From Ginkgo biloba (Eukaryota > Plantae > Ginkgophyta): 16,403 nucleotides of DNA. The position numbers and the translations under genes were made by a program. A model generated the notes under the pieces. The model made no database searches. It was not told the origin of the DNA and saw only the letters and a list, made by a program, of their open reading frames with translations. The stretch lies in contig JANKJI020000002.1 of the NCBI GenBank assembly GCA_024626585.2, positions 259,826,622-259,843,024 of the forward strand, given 5' to 3'. How positions within the stretch are numbered: the stretch's first letter is position 1; each line of letters opens with the position of its first letter. Shown here piece by piece: positions 1 to 9,721 of the stretch.

Positions 1-229
1 ACCACGAGGTGGTGAATTTTTTTTTTTTTTTTTATATTGAATAACTTTAACTGGCTTCCTTGCCATGTTGATGTTGTATCCCATGCACTTACCCATGAAC
101 TCTAAATGTTTGTGTGGGCCACAAGATGCTAGAATAGTTTTAATCAAGGGAATTCTACATATGCCCTCACTGTCTTTGGTGCCACATTAGCTGTTACTAA
201 CTTTGAGAATGATCTCATGATTGTTGTTA

Positions 230-628
230 TCGCCTAGTATTAGTGAGGGCAAAGAATGTCAAGCACCCAACTTTGTGATGTCAGGACTACTTTTGATTTG
301 TATTTGTCAAAACTTTTGAGAGAATTGAAGATGGTTGTAAACTTCCATGACCATGTCCCAACTTTCCTTGCAATTCTTGCAATTCATTGCCTTTGCTATT
401 GTTCTCAACTCTCTTCTCCTTGATGAGAGAAACTAGTCCTCTTAAGCCAATATGGTTGTTGCTTCGTTTATCTATCCTTGCTTTGAGATTTGGAGATTAT
501 AGTTTTTGCAAGAACTTTGCTTGTGGAGATGAATGAAGGAAAATAAAAGCATAGATGAACTCATCAGCAGAGTTGGACATCTGATCTTCTGTGGTGCACT
601 CAAATTCATGTCTTGATTCAGTTTTCAT
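230..628 (-). mobile_element. Relic reading frame, possibly retroelement gag N-terminus
   Basis: MKTESRHEFECTTEDQMSNSADEF...QELQELQGKLGHGHGSLQPSS with few stops, downstream of an LTR-like stretch. No diagnostic motif. Confidence 0.25.
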
Positions 629-899
629 AATGTTGGTTCATTTCGAAACACAATGAAACCACACATTACCTAGAACCTACAATCTACAACAATCATCATA
701 TGACACATATACCTATCATGCATAGATAAACTCATAATCAATAGAGAGCCACATGAGAATAGTAGGCAAGAATAATCCCTTTATTCACTAGGCAATAGAG
801 AAATCAAACTACCTGTCACATAATTGTGAAACATGAACGTCAAATTAGCTTTAACATTCATAAGAAGATAGACACCAGAATTTTTGTAGAATTGGTTTA

Positions 900-1138
900 C
901 CTTCAAAAGTTCATCTCTGCATTAACTTTGTACATAGCCTCAGGGTACATTTATACAAATATAAATATGTAATTGTTGGATATGGACATGACACATGTCC
1001 TATAATTTTTGACACTTGTCACCATAGGGTTGACCCAGCTATGACTCACCCTAATGACCCTTTAACCCTTCAAATAGTCATAGGACTCATGACATTAGGT
1101 CGTGACCCTTTATAATATATTTGACAATAAATCTAACA
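900..1138 (-). mobile_element. LTR-like segment
   Basis: Starts TGTTAG at 1138 on the minus strand, has repeated TGAC/GTCA motifs and a TATAAAT box near 954-948. The 3' end and PBS are not resolved. Confidence 0.3.
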
Positions 1139-1268
1139 TGTAAACATTACAGAATAATAAATATTTCTNNNNNNNNNNNNNNNNNNNNNNNNNNNNNNNN
1201 NNNNNNNNNNNNNNNNNNNNNNNNNNNNNNNNNNNNNNNNNNNNNNNNNNNNNNNNNNNNNNNNNNNN

Positions 1269-1839
1269 ACACAGTCTATACCTCTTCTCATTCGGCCCAA
1301 ACTTCCGTTCTCTACTCAGGGATGCATTTCTCTCCAAGCATGGTCTTTTTGGCGACTCGATAGCCCCTTTCTTCCCCAATAAGGGTTTCTAGTCCAAACC
1401 ACTTCTACTCAACTTCCTACGGCTTGCTACACGTCTTTCTCCAAGCAGGACAACAACAGTGCTCAACAACAAATCGAGCAGACTCTCAATGGTAGTTCTC
1501 ACATTCTCAACACCCCACCTCTGTCTCTACTTCAACAAGAACCGCTATAGATCTACAAATGTTTTTGGACAATATCTAGCGACTCCGTTCCACATCTCTC
1601 ACGTTTCCAGCGGTATGCTTGCAACTCTGGGACTGCACAAAGGTCTATAGCTTAGGATTGTCTTTATAGCAATCTTTCTCTATAATCTCCAGGATCAACT
1701 TTAAGAACCCTTAGCAATCTATCTCTCATCGAAAGATTCAGAGGTAACTTCAAGGGTAGTCATAGTCCTCTCCAAATCAACACAGTGAAAAAATTCTCAC
1801 CAAAAAAGTTTTATATTTACACAGAGGTTGTTGAAACCT
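1269..1839 (-). mobile_element. Internal region or 5' leader of the LTR element, no recognisable protein domain
   Basis: Lies directly downstream of the PBS. I recognise no gag motif in it. Confidence 0.55.
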
Positions 1840-1851
1840 ACTCTGATACCA
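1840..1851 (-). promoter_or_regulatory. Primer binding site, tRNA-Met initiator
   Basis: Minus strand reads TGGTATCAGAGT (11/12 to canonical TGGTATCAGAGC) immediately after ...TCTAACA. Confidence 0.85.
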
Positions 1852-2060
1852 TGTTAGAATTAGAGTGAGTAGCATACTCTCAGAGTTTTAGCATAGGCCT
1901 CCACTCTGATATAGCAATTACATCATGAAAAAGAGAGATTCCCAACATAGGAATGACTATAGTATTCAGATGTATTTACAATAGAAACTTGCCCTCTATT
2001 TATACTTATAGAGGTCCTATAACTACCATAACTACTAATTATCCTTAACCTTTACCAACA
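1852..2060 (-). mobile_element. LTR, 209 bp, TGTTGG...CTAACA
   Basis: Inverted termini TGTTRG/CYAACA, TATAAATAG box at 2004-1996, PBS directly downstream, and purine tract AAGAGGGGA (2069-2061) directly upstream. The 3' end is firm; the 5' end is less certain. Confidence 0.7.
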
Positions 2061-2432
2061 TCCCCTCTTAATCATGTGACCACTTGCAACAATATCTTTC
2101 ATAACATCATGTGACGACTAACGTGACCACTAATAACATTAATTTATCGAAAACAAACTTGGTCAACGTTGTCAGAAGCTAACCTAAAGGATAGATGACA
2201 TCAATCACAGTTAATGCTAAAAGGACAATCGACTTATGAACATTTTTTATGTAGTCAAACGCTAGTTAATGCCCTTGGTTGACTTAAAGTACAAATTATG
2301 ATGTCATCATTAATTAAGGAATAATTGACCTNNNNNNNNNNNNNNNNNNNNNNNNNNNNNNNNNNNNNNNNNNNNNNNNNNNNNNNNNNNNNNNNNNNNN
2401 NNNNNNNNNNNNNNNNNNNNNNNNNNNNNNNA

Positions 2433-2576
2433 TTGCCAGTTCCAGAAGGGCCACGAGTCGACATAACAATGGACTTTGTGCTGGGATTGCTAAAAACGAA
2501 AAGGGGAAATGACTCTGTGTTTGTAGTCGTGGAATGATTTTCGAAGATGGCACATTTTATCCCTTGCAAGAAGACA
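2433..2576 (+). mobile_element. Ty3/gypsy (chromovirus, CRM-like) integrase core fragment, pseudogenised
   Basis: [47 protein letters not shown] matches the start of the rve domain ('LP.P..PW.DISMDFVLGLP.T.RG.DS+FVVVDRFSKMAHFIPC.KT'). TGA at 2535-2537 replaces the conserved Arg. Confidence 0.92.
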
Positions 2577-5138
2577 AGAAAATAAAAAAGTTGAAATGTT
2601 TTGAATTTTTGTTAGAGGCGATTTCTTCGCTTTGAATTTGATTTATTTGGACGAATTTGAATCTGCTTCGGATCTCCTTCCACTTCCCTCGACCTCTGTA
2701 ATCTCCTGTTCAATTGTTGCTCTCCTCTGCAATGTTCACTTGTCAAGCTTCAAGATTCTCACTGTGAATCCCACACAGCTTCGGCCTCTCGATCAGTGGC
2801 ATCATTCATTACTTGCACTTTCGGGCGTTCCGTTTGGCCTTAGCTCCATATCACCACCATGCTTCAACTGCATATCTTACCAATTAAGCCATAGGTACAA
2901 CGGCAAACGACTCTTATCTCCAGCTTGTTCATGACTATGATGGTGTCGAGCATGCTTCACTAACTTGTAACAGTCTGCGACTCTCACGTCCGATGTCTCA
3001 CCTCCAAGTACAGATTATGACTACACGTCCACGACATTTTCTACTCCACCCTTGACATCCACTTCGGCTTCTTCCACCAACTCCTACACGGTGTCTAACA
3101 TAGCGTTCTCATCAAACACTTCCCTAACGTGTATGGGCCAAGTGGACCACAGCATCTCCTAATTCTTCACAGTGTGTAGCGATCACCACAATGACGTCCA
3201 ACAACAAGCATCCATTCCTCTTCGTGAAACATGGGCTTCTTGGCAACAGTAAGCCCACTATTTCCATGAATTCTCTACCAAGAAATGGGTCTCCATAGGC
3301 CTACAACTATTCAAAAAATAGTGAACAGTTTGCTCTCCACCACAAATGTTCTCACACGTTTCCCAAAGTTCAAGACAACAAGGGTATCTCATTACTTCTT
3401 TCTGCAACAATACCCACGTGCTCCATGAACTGCAACTCGCAGAGTGTTCTATATAGTATTNNNNNNNNNNNNNNNNNNNNNNNNNNNNNNNNNNNNNNNN
3501 NNNNNNNNNNNNNNNNNNNNNNNNNNNNNNNNNNNNNNNNNNNNNNNNNNNNNNNNNNNNTGTAATGAGGATGTTGTTGCTTGCCTTGAAGAAAAACCTT
3601 AGCCCTCGAAGGAGCCAGGGTAAAAAAACTTCAAGATGATGTTGTCGATCTAAATTGTGCATCTCCAAAATGAATTATGCTTGTCATCTTCACAATTGTC
3701 TATTACAATCGATATGTGATGCAACCAAGTCCTTGGTTAGAAAAAGGAACATGGTTGTTAGATCCTTCGCAACCAATGTTGTACTTATCATCTTTGACCA
3801 TTCTTCAGTTTACAAAGTTATCGTGGGAGTATAATGCATATAATTAAATCAGCAGGATGTCGAAACTTAACATAATACCACTTAAACTAACACTTCATGA
3901 CAATATGAACTCCCATGACAGTTTTTGGTTTGTCACACATTGGATTACAACCTCTCACTCTGACTTGTAACTTTACTCTTTGGTAGATTACAAGATTCTT
4001 TTATGGTCTGAGATGTAGTGTCTCACTATGTCTCAAAAATATGTTATCTTTACAAATAATTCCCCCCCCCCCACAAAAATTTACTTCAACTTATAAGAAA
4101 AGGTTTTAAATGTAGCCCCCTTAAATAACCTGTAGAACCATGTGACCTTGCCATGTGATCGAAAATTTTAGCACTTAATACAAAAAATTTATACATTAGA
4201 TTTTATTTATTTTATATATATTTTTTCGGCCCTTGGCTACTCGATGTATGTTCCTAATTTGTGTCGTCGGTGTGGTGAGTGACGGGCGACTAAGAGCACC
4301 ACCGACAAATTACCGTGACCTCCTTCGATGGTAAACCTTCCTCGACATGGTGGCATTCCTCTGACAATCATCCCTTCTCCACCAACTGACGTCAGTAAAA
4401 CAAAATCCTCCAATAGATAGCAATAACTTTGACATCCTATGGCGATCTCCAATGAATAGATCTCGAATAGATGTCTCTGTCACACAACAAACCTCCTCTG
4501 ACAACCCTCCTCCAACATGAGAAAATCTACATATCAACTTGATTCCTTTGGCGTTAGTTTGAAGCTTAACGATGACGATCAAGTATCTATTGGTGTCCAT
4601 CTCTTTGTCAGCACTGATAGTAATCTCCGTCGATGAAGGTTCAGCGGTCGGTGTAAATAACAGTTGGTAGGCAATGGTATTGAACTTTTATTCAATGGTT
4701 TTTCTAGCTAGGCATTAATCATCTAACACACAAGACCACTTTCAATCATATTAAGTTAATAGACTTTAGAGACACTAGGCAAATCCAATCGTAGATTAAA
4801 TTTACTCATTTATTTCATTGTACAATTGTGTAACTAAGGCTTATGACACCCTTAGTTAACAATTATTATTCATGAGTAATTAATCACGAGACTAGGATTT
4901 TATTCCTTATTATGTAATTTGTGATTGGCTATTTTGTGCACACATTTCAGTCACTGTTTATTTCTCATTTAGGAGTAGAGTTTATTAAATCCTAATTTTA
5001 GAATACCAATTACTATAAAATAATGTAATCAATTATTCTTAGGGCAAGAGTATTTGCTAATTGAAGAGTTGAGCCTTTTGCATCTGTTTCTCATTACTTT
5101 GCATTTTTTCTTAATCTTGTTAATTCTCTTAGTTTGTA

Positions 5139-5180
5139 CTAGTCCGTTGCTTGTGGCAAATAATTGCCACAGGCAATCGG
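5139..5180 (-). mobile_element. Helitron-like 3' terminus (hairpin followed by CTAG|T)
   Basis: Minus strand ccgattgccTGTGGCAAttatTTGCCACAagcaacggaCTAG|T: a perfect 8-bp stem (extendable to about 16 bp), 9 nt before CTAG, followed by T. Confidence 0.45.
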
Positions 5181-5266
5181 AATTTTAGCAAAAACAAAAA
5201 GTCATACAAATGATNNNNNNNNNNNNNNNNNNNNNNNNNNNNNNNNNNNNNNNNNNNNNNNNNNNN

Positions 5267-7260
5267 CTATACCCACTCCCGAGACGCATCGAATATCGAA
5301 CCAAGACATCCGAGGCCATTTTTGGGTAACTTAGAATTGGAGTCGTCCTTTTTTTTTTGTTGTTACTATTTTACTACTTCAAGTTTGTAGGTAAAGGGAG
5401 ACTACGAGATCCAGAATCAGACTTACCAAATTAGAATTTTTAATCTTGTTTTTTTTTTTTTTTTTTCAATGATCCCACTCATGATCACTGGGGTCGCATT
5501 CCTTGCATACAAAATTGCTTCCATTCCCTTCCAAGGGACATTCAACGTGAGTATGACCCCAACATAAGCACAAGTGGCAACGGATTGGTTTAGTTTTTCC
5601 TTCCCAAGTTTTATACTATCGCGAGGGGTTGTTATTTGTGTTGGTAGTACATGTTTGGCGTACCACGCCCTTGGTACCCACCATGACCACCACATTGTGC
5701 AGCTTGACTTCATTGGTTGAAATAGTAGGTTTACATGCAGCGAGAATTAGTTTTATATATCACACCACTTTTCTAACATAGTTACTTTGTTTTCCTCCAC
5801 ATGTTTATTACATAGGTGACCCTGCTAGTTGCATGATGGAGGATACTAAACGTCATTGACGAGATCTCTTGGCGAAGTCTTGCAATTTCTGCACAAAGAT
5901 TGTTTGCCACTGGGTTTATCCTCTATTGTTTTTGTAAGTTTAGAGCAGTGAGCTTATGTTGCAGTCGTTCGTTTCCTGGTCTTGTGCTGGTGCTATATAT
6001 CTTATTGTATGATGTTGATTAGTACTACCAAGTTGGTTTTAAAATCTCATTGCTAGATCACAAACCTAGTGATAATTTAGCATGGGATGCAACTGTACTA
6101 AATTCTAAACATGAGGCAGGCCTTTAATGAAGATTTTTAATAGGTGGGGTGGTCAAGGCATATCTTCTATGCAAAACTTATTTAATAGGATTTGCATCCT
6201 CTCGTTATAATCTTTTATCGATTTCTTGGAGTACTGTTGTAGTTCTTCAAGCGCTTGGAAGATGTGAGTGGGTCTCGAATTTTTTGAAATTTGTCTAGGA
6301 ATAGATGTTATATTTCATCCCATGTCGGATGGTTCAGGCTTATGTATTGGTACCATGCAATCACAAGATCTCTTGAGGTGGTGAAGAATTGAGACTTGAT
6401 TTCTCTTTCATTTACGATGTTTTCCAACTCCAAAATATTCTTAAATAGTGCAAGGTGGTCGGACAGTTCTCTAGTTCTGTCATAACGTAAACTGGAAAAG
6501 CATTATCATTTTGGACCACGATGTAGTGCTGATTTGCTGGCCAATTTGGTGCTTGATTTGGGTTTTCCATGTTGATAAATAGTGGATTTAGGTGAACAAA
6601 GAATGGAGTTACTAGCATTGGCTATCTTTCCAACAAGCTTCCTAGTGCTATGTCTCGTGTATTGGAATTGAATTTATTCGAGGATCATCTACTGACCAGT
6701 GAAGGGGTCAAACACTCTGACTTTGTTTGTGATTTATCCCTATTCACCAAGGGCTCTATATCAACCTTTTCTTTAGGCATCGATCTTACTTCATCTAGCT
6801 CCTATAGAGTTTGCGTACTTCCTTCGATATTGAATTCGGTTTTGGCATCATCCTTTTTTATTGTGCATACTTGCAACATGGGTACTGTTGTCTTCTTCCT
6901 CATTTTTGGTCCTTGGTTATGCTACTACTTTCCCCTATTTGAGGAAGCAAGCTTTCACCCTTATTGGTCTTCTTCTTGAAAGCCATATTCTTAGCCACTG
7001 CAAGTTTTTACTGCTCTTGTTATTTTTAACATTCCATTCTTGGATCTATTACAAATTGCTCCTTAGGTGGCATGATGAAGACCCTTGGTTATCTTGATGT
7101 GTAGCAAAAAAGTGCTACTACTATGACGTCTAGGGAATTCGTTAATTCAACTAGGGTGGCTTCTTCCCAATAGACCTCGCACTTGCGCACTTGTTGAGGG
7201 TGTGCCCCAGGTTTGTGGACCCGGTTGGCTGGGTTTGCGAACCTAGTAACCGTGCAAAAA
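5267..7260 (-). mobile_element. Decayed Ty3/gypsy gag region (Retrotrans_gag-type capsid plus CCHC zinc knuckles)
   Basis: About 6570-6115 reads MENPNQAP...FPVY...AWYQYISLNHPTWDEI*HLFLDKFQK / IFQALEELQQYSKKSIKDYNERMQILLNKF...LLKIFIKGLP. There is an intact CX2CX4HX4C knuckle CHLCLCWGHTHVEC at 5579-5538 and a second, CKECDPSDHEWDH*, at 5507-5466. Multiple stops and frameshifts. Confidence 0.82.
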
Positions 7261-7273
7261 GGTAATGGAACCA
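7261..7273 (-). promoter_or_regulatory. Primer binding site, tRNA-Glu-like
   Basis: Minus strand ...AATAAACA-t-TGGTTCCATTACC. It is 1-2 transitions from the complement of plant tRNA-Glu 3' ends as I recall them (TGGTTCCRTTGCC), and lies upstream of gag in the correct orientation. Confidence 0.65.
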
Positions 7274-7274
7274 A

Positions 7275-8170
7275 TGTTTATTGGTTTGTGATCACAATAG
7301 TTTGCATTAATTTATTAACTAGTTGGTAACCTGAGAGAGACCGAGGATGGCAGTCCTACCGCTCTCACCAACATGATCGCATCCCTGAGTCTTTGGAGAG
7401 GTCAACATTGGAGAGTTCTACAGGTGATCATTCATAATAGAGTATTAAAGGCAAATCAGAGTATACCATTAATTATGTAGTCATTCCTAGAAACAACAAA
7501 TAGTGAAGTAGGGAACATATGTAATGATCCGCCTGACAAATAAGTAGTCAGATCAGTGCTGCTTACATCGTTCGTTGAATCGTGCACCTTGTTTGCTACC
7601 AGCAAGTCCATTGTTTGACAAACGGTATACACCGTTGTTGTTGATCTATTTGTTTGTTGGACTATGTACACCGTTCGTCGCCCTCCAGTCAGTCGTTCGC
7701 CAAACCGTGTATACCGTTCGCCGCCTTTTAGTCAACCGTTTGCTGCCATCTAGTCAGTCATTTGCCAAACTATGTACCCCGTTCGTCGCCCTCTAGTCAA
7801 TAGTTCGTTGCCATCCAATCAACCATTCATTGCCATCCAGTTAATCGTTCACCAAATCGTATACACCATTCACCACCCTCTAGTCAACCATTCGTTGCCA
7901 TCCAGTCATGCGTTCGCCAAACTGTGTACATCATTTTTCGCCCTCTAGTCAATTGTTCGCTGCCATCCAATTAGTCGTTTACCACCAACCTAGTCACTTG
8001 TCCAACCACGGTTCCAACAGGATTCCAGGGCGCAATTGTTCAATCGGATTACACCTTGTTGATCGGGTTAGGGTTATCAACATTACTAGTGCTCTAGGGC
8101 AATCTGCTTGATTCATCAGGAGGGATTGGTTAATAACTAGATTAAAAAGCACAATAGGTGTGCGCTATTT
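7275..8170 (-). mobile_element. Probable 5' LTR (U5/R part) of the tRNA-Glu-primed element; right boundary unknown
   Basis: CA terminus 1 nt before the PBS; non-coding; contains the tandem array. There is no second copy in the window to fix its length. Confidence 0.45.
7568..7997. repeat. Minisatellite of about 20 units of 21-22 bp with higher-order structure
   Basis: Monomers B (tcgttcgccaaactgtgtaca, 21 nt), A (ccgttcgtcgccctctagtcaa, 22 nt) and A' (ccgttcgttgccatccagtcag, 22 nt). From 7650 the order is B A B A A' B A A' A' B A A' B A A' A-like. Confidence 0.9.
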
Positions 8171-8939
8171 AATGGTAAAAGGGAGACTGAAGACGGACAC
8201 TAGGATGTAGAATAGGAACAAAAGGTCTTTGAGAAAAACACGAAGTTTGAATTCACCTTTGGGTAGGTTTTTGTCAGAATGAAGTGGAAAACTAGATCGT
8301 TCTGACCATGATGCATCCACTTTTGCATAGCCTTTTTTACCTAAGAAGAAGGACAAATTGTCAAGGTAGAACATCGCGCTGATTGAGGAGGCGCAGAGAC
8401 ACTTGCCTGCTACAAAGGGCAAGAGACCATCTAGAAACAGGAAGGTGACTCCTCAAGCCAACTTGGCTTTCTTGGCAGAGATTGATGACATGCTTNNNNN
8501 NNNNNNNNNNNNNNNNNNNNNNNNNNNNNNNNNNNNNNNNNNNNNNNNNNNNNNNNNNNNNNNNNNNNNNNNNNNNNNNNNNNNNNNNNNNNNNNCTAAG
8601 GACATAGAAGGATGAAAAGATCATGATGACTCCCTTGGTTATACAAAATCGCTTCCATAATGCACATGAGGGTCATGGCCTCATAAACTCCTACCAAGCA
8701 GGTCAGTACATCAATGGAAGAGGATATGATATCATGTATATACCCTTTCTCATTGTATTTTATTGATACATATACTCCATTGATATAAATATATTCATGT
8801 AAATATAAGATGCATTTAAAAAAAAAGATATATGGCTTAGTATATCACCCCTGTATCATATACCTGTCAATTACGTAAGCACTAACTTTCAAGGGTCATT
8901 TCCTTTCCCTTATTTACTACAAATGATTGACCTATAGTC

Positions 8940-9440
8940 TTATGGATTCTATTGTACTTTACCCCTTGATTTGGTTAAATGCTTAAAACTCTTATACTTC
9001 TCTTATTGAAGGTCTTCTTGTTCTTCTCTTCCCACTAGTTCGTTGCTTTCTTTTGATTGTTCTTTCATAATATCATCCTTATTTCATTGAATCTTCCCCT
9101 CTATTTTGGACATTAGGGAGGGGCTACCTATCCCATTTCTCTATTTTTGACTTGCCTTGATGCATTGGCACTACTTCGTCCTCTTCCAAAATCCCCTTTA
9201 TCGTTGAAGAGAGATACCTTGTTGCTATATTTGATTGTCCAACACAATGTTCTTGTAGAGGGATTGGATCCTCTTTCTTTTCTCTTTCTATTGGTTTAGA
9301 TCTTTCTCCTTCATCATCTAGTGCTCTAAAGTTGAGGTCATTTAGATCCCTTCCTCCTTTTGTTTAGGAGTTTTTCTTCCTTTTACTAGCTTCCATTCTA
9401 TCATTTTCTTTGACCTATGCCTTTCTCTTGGATAGTCCTT
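8940..9440 (-). mobile_element. Purine-rich decayed coding-like sequence, probably retroelement-derived
   Basis: Strong G/A skew on the minus strand giving Glu/Lys/Arg-rich peptides interrupted by stops. No domain recognised. Confidence 0.25.
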
Positions 9441-9721
9441 GGCTATGTGTTTGTATTAAAAGTAATTGTGACATCAAACAATGATGCCTTTGTAGTCTAT
9501 TTCTTTTATCCACTTATAACCGGTGATCCAAAGATTACCATGTGTATAACATAAGCAAATTAAAACATTTAAATTTTCACATTCATAAGTTGTGGTCACA
9601 TAATAGAGATTGCTTTTATTANNNNNNNNNNNNNNNNNNNNNNNNNNNNNNNNNNNNNNNNNNNNNNNNNNNNNNNNNNNNNNNNNNNNNNNNNNNNNNN
9701 NNNNNNNNNNNNNNNNNNNNN

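Noticed and set aside
866-890. TGGTGTC as a PBS after ...TTCTACA
   Set aside because: The spacing from the CA is too long and I recognise no tRNA match.
3930-4662. Possible solo LTR (TGTTATTTACACC start on the minus strand at 4662, C run near 4062-4072)
   Set aside because: No matching terminus, TSD, PBS or PPT could be fixed.
5421-5430. Perfect splice donor TTTG|GTAAGT on the minus strand
   Set aside because: No matching acceptor or exon can be supported; a 6-mer match is expected by chance.
5449-5466. 18-nt poly(A) on the minus strand right after a zinc knuckle, as a retrocopy tail
   Set aside because: Gag-like sequence seems to continue past it (KNSNLVSL...QT*SSK, resembling the TRS motif) and no TSD is evident. 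It is more likely an expanded Lys-codon A run.
7568-7997. CRISPR-like repeat/spacer appearance
   Set aside because: The intervening units are themselves repeats, there are no unique spacers or cas genes, and the context is eukaryotic TE sequence.
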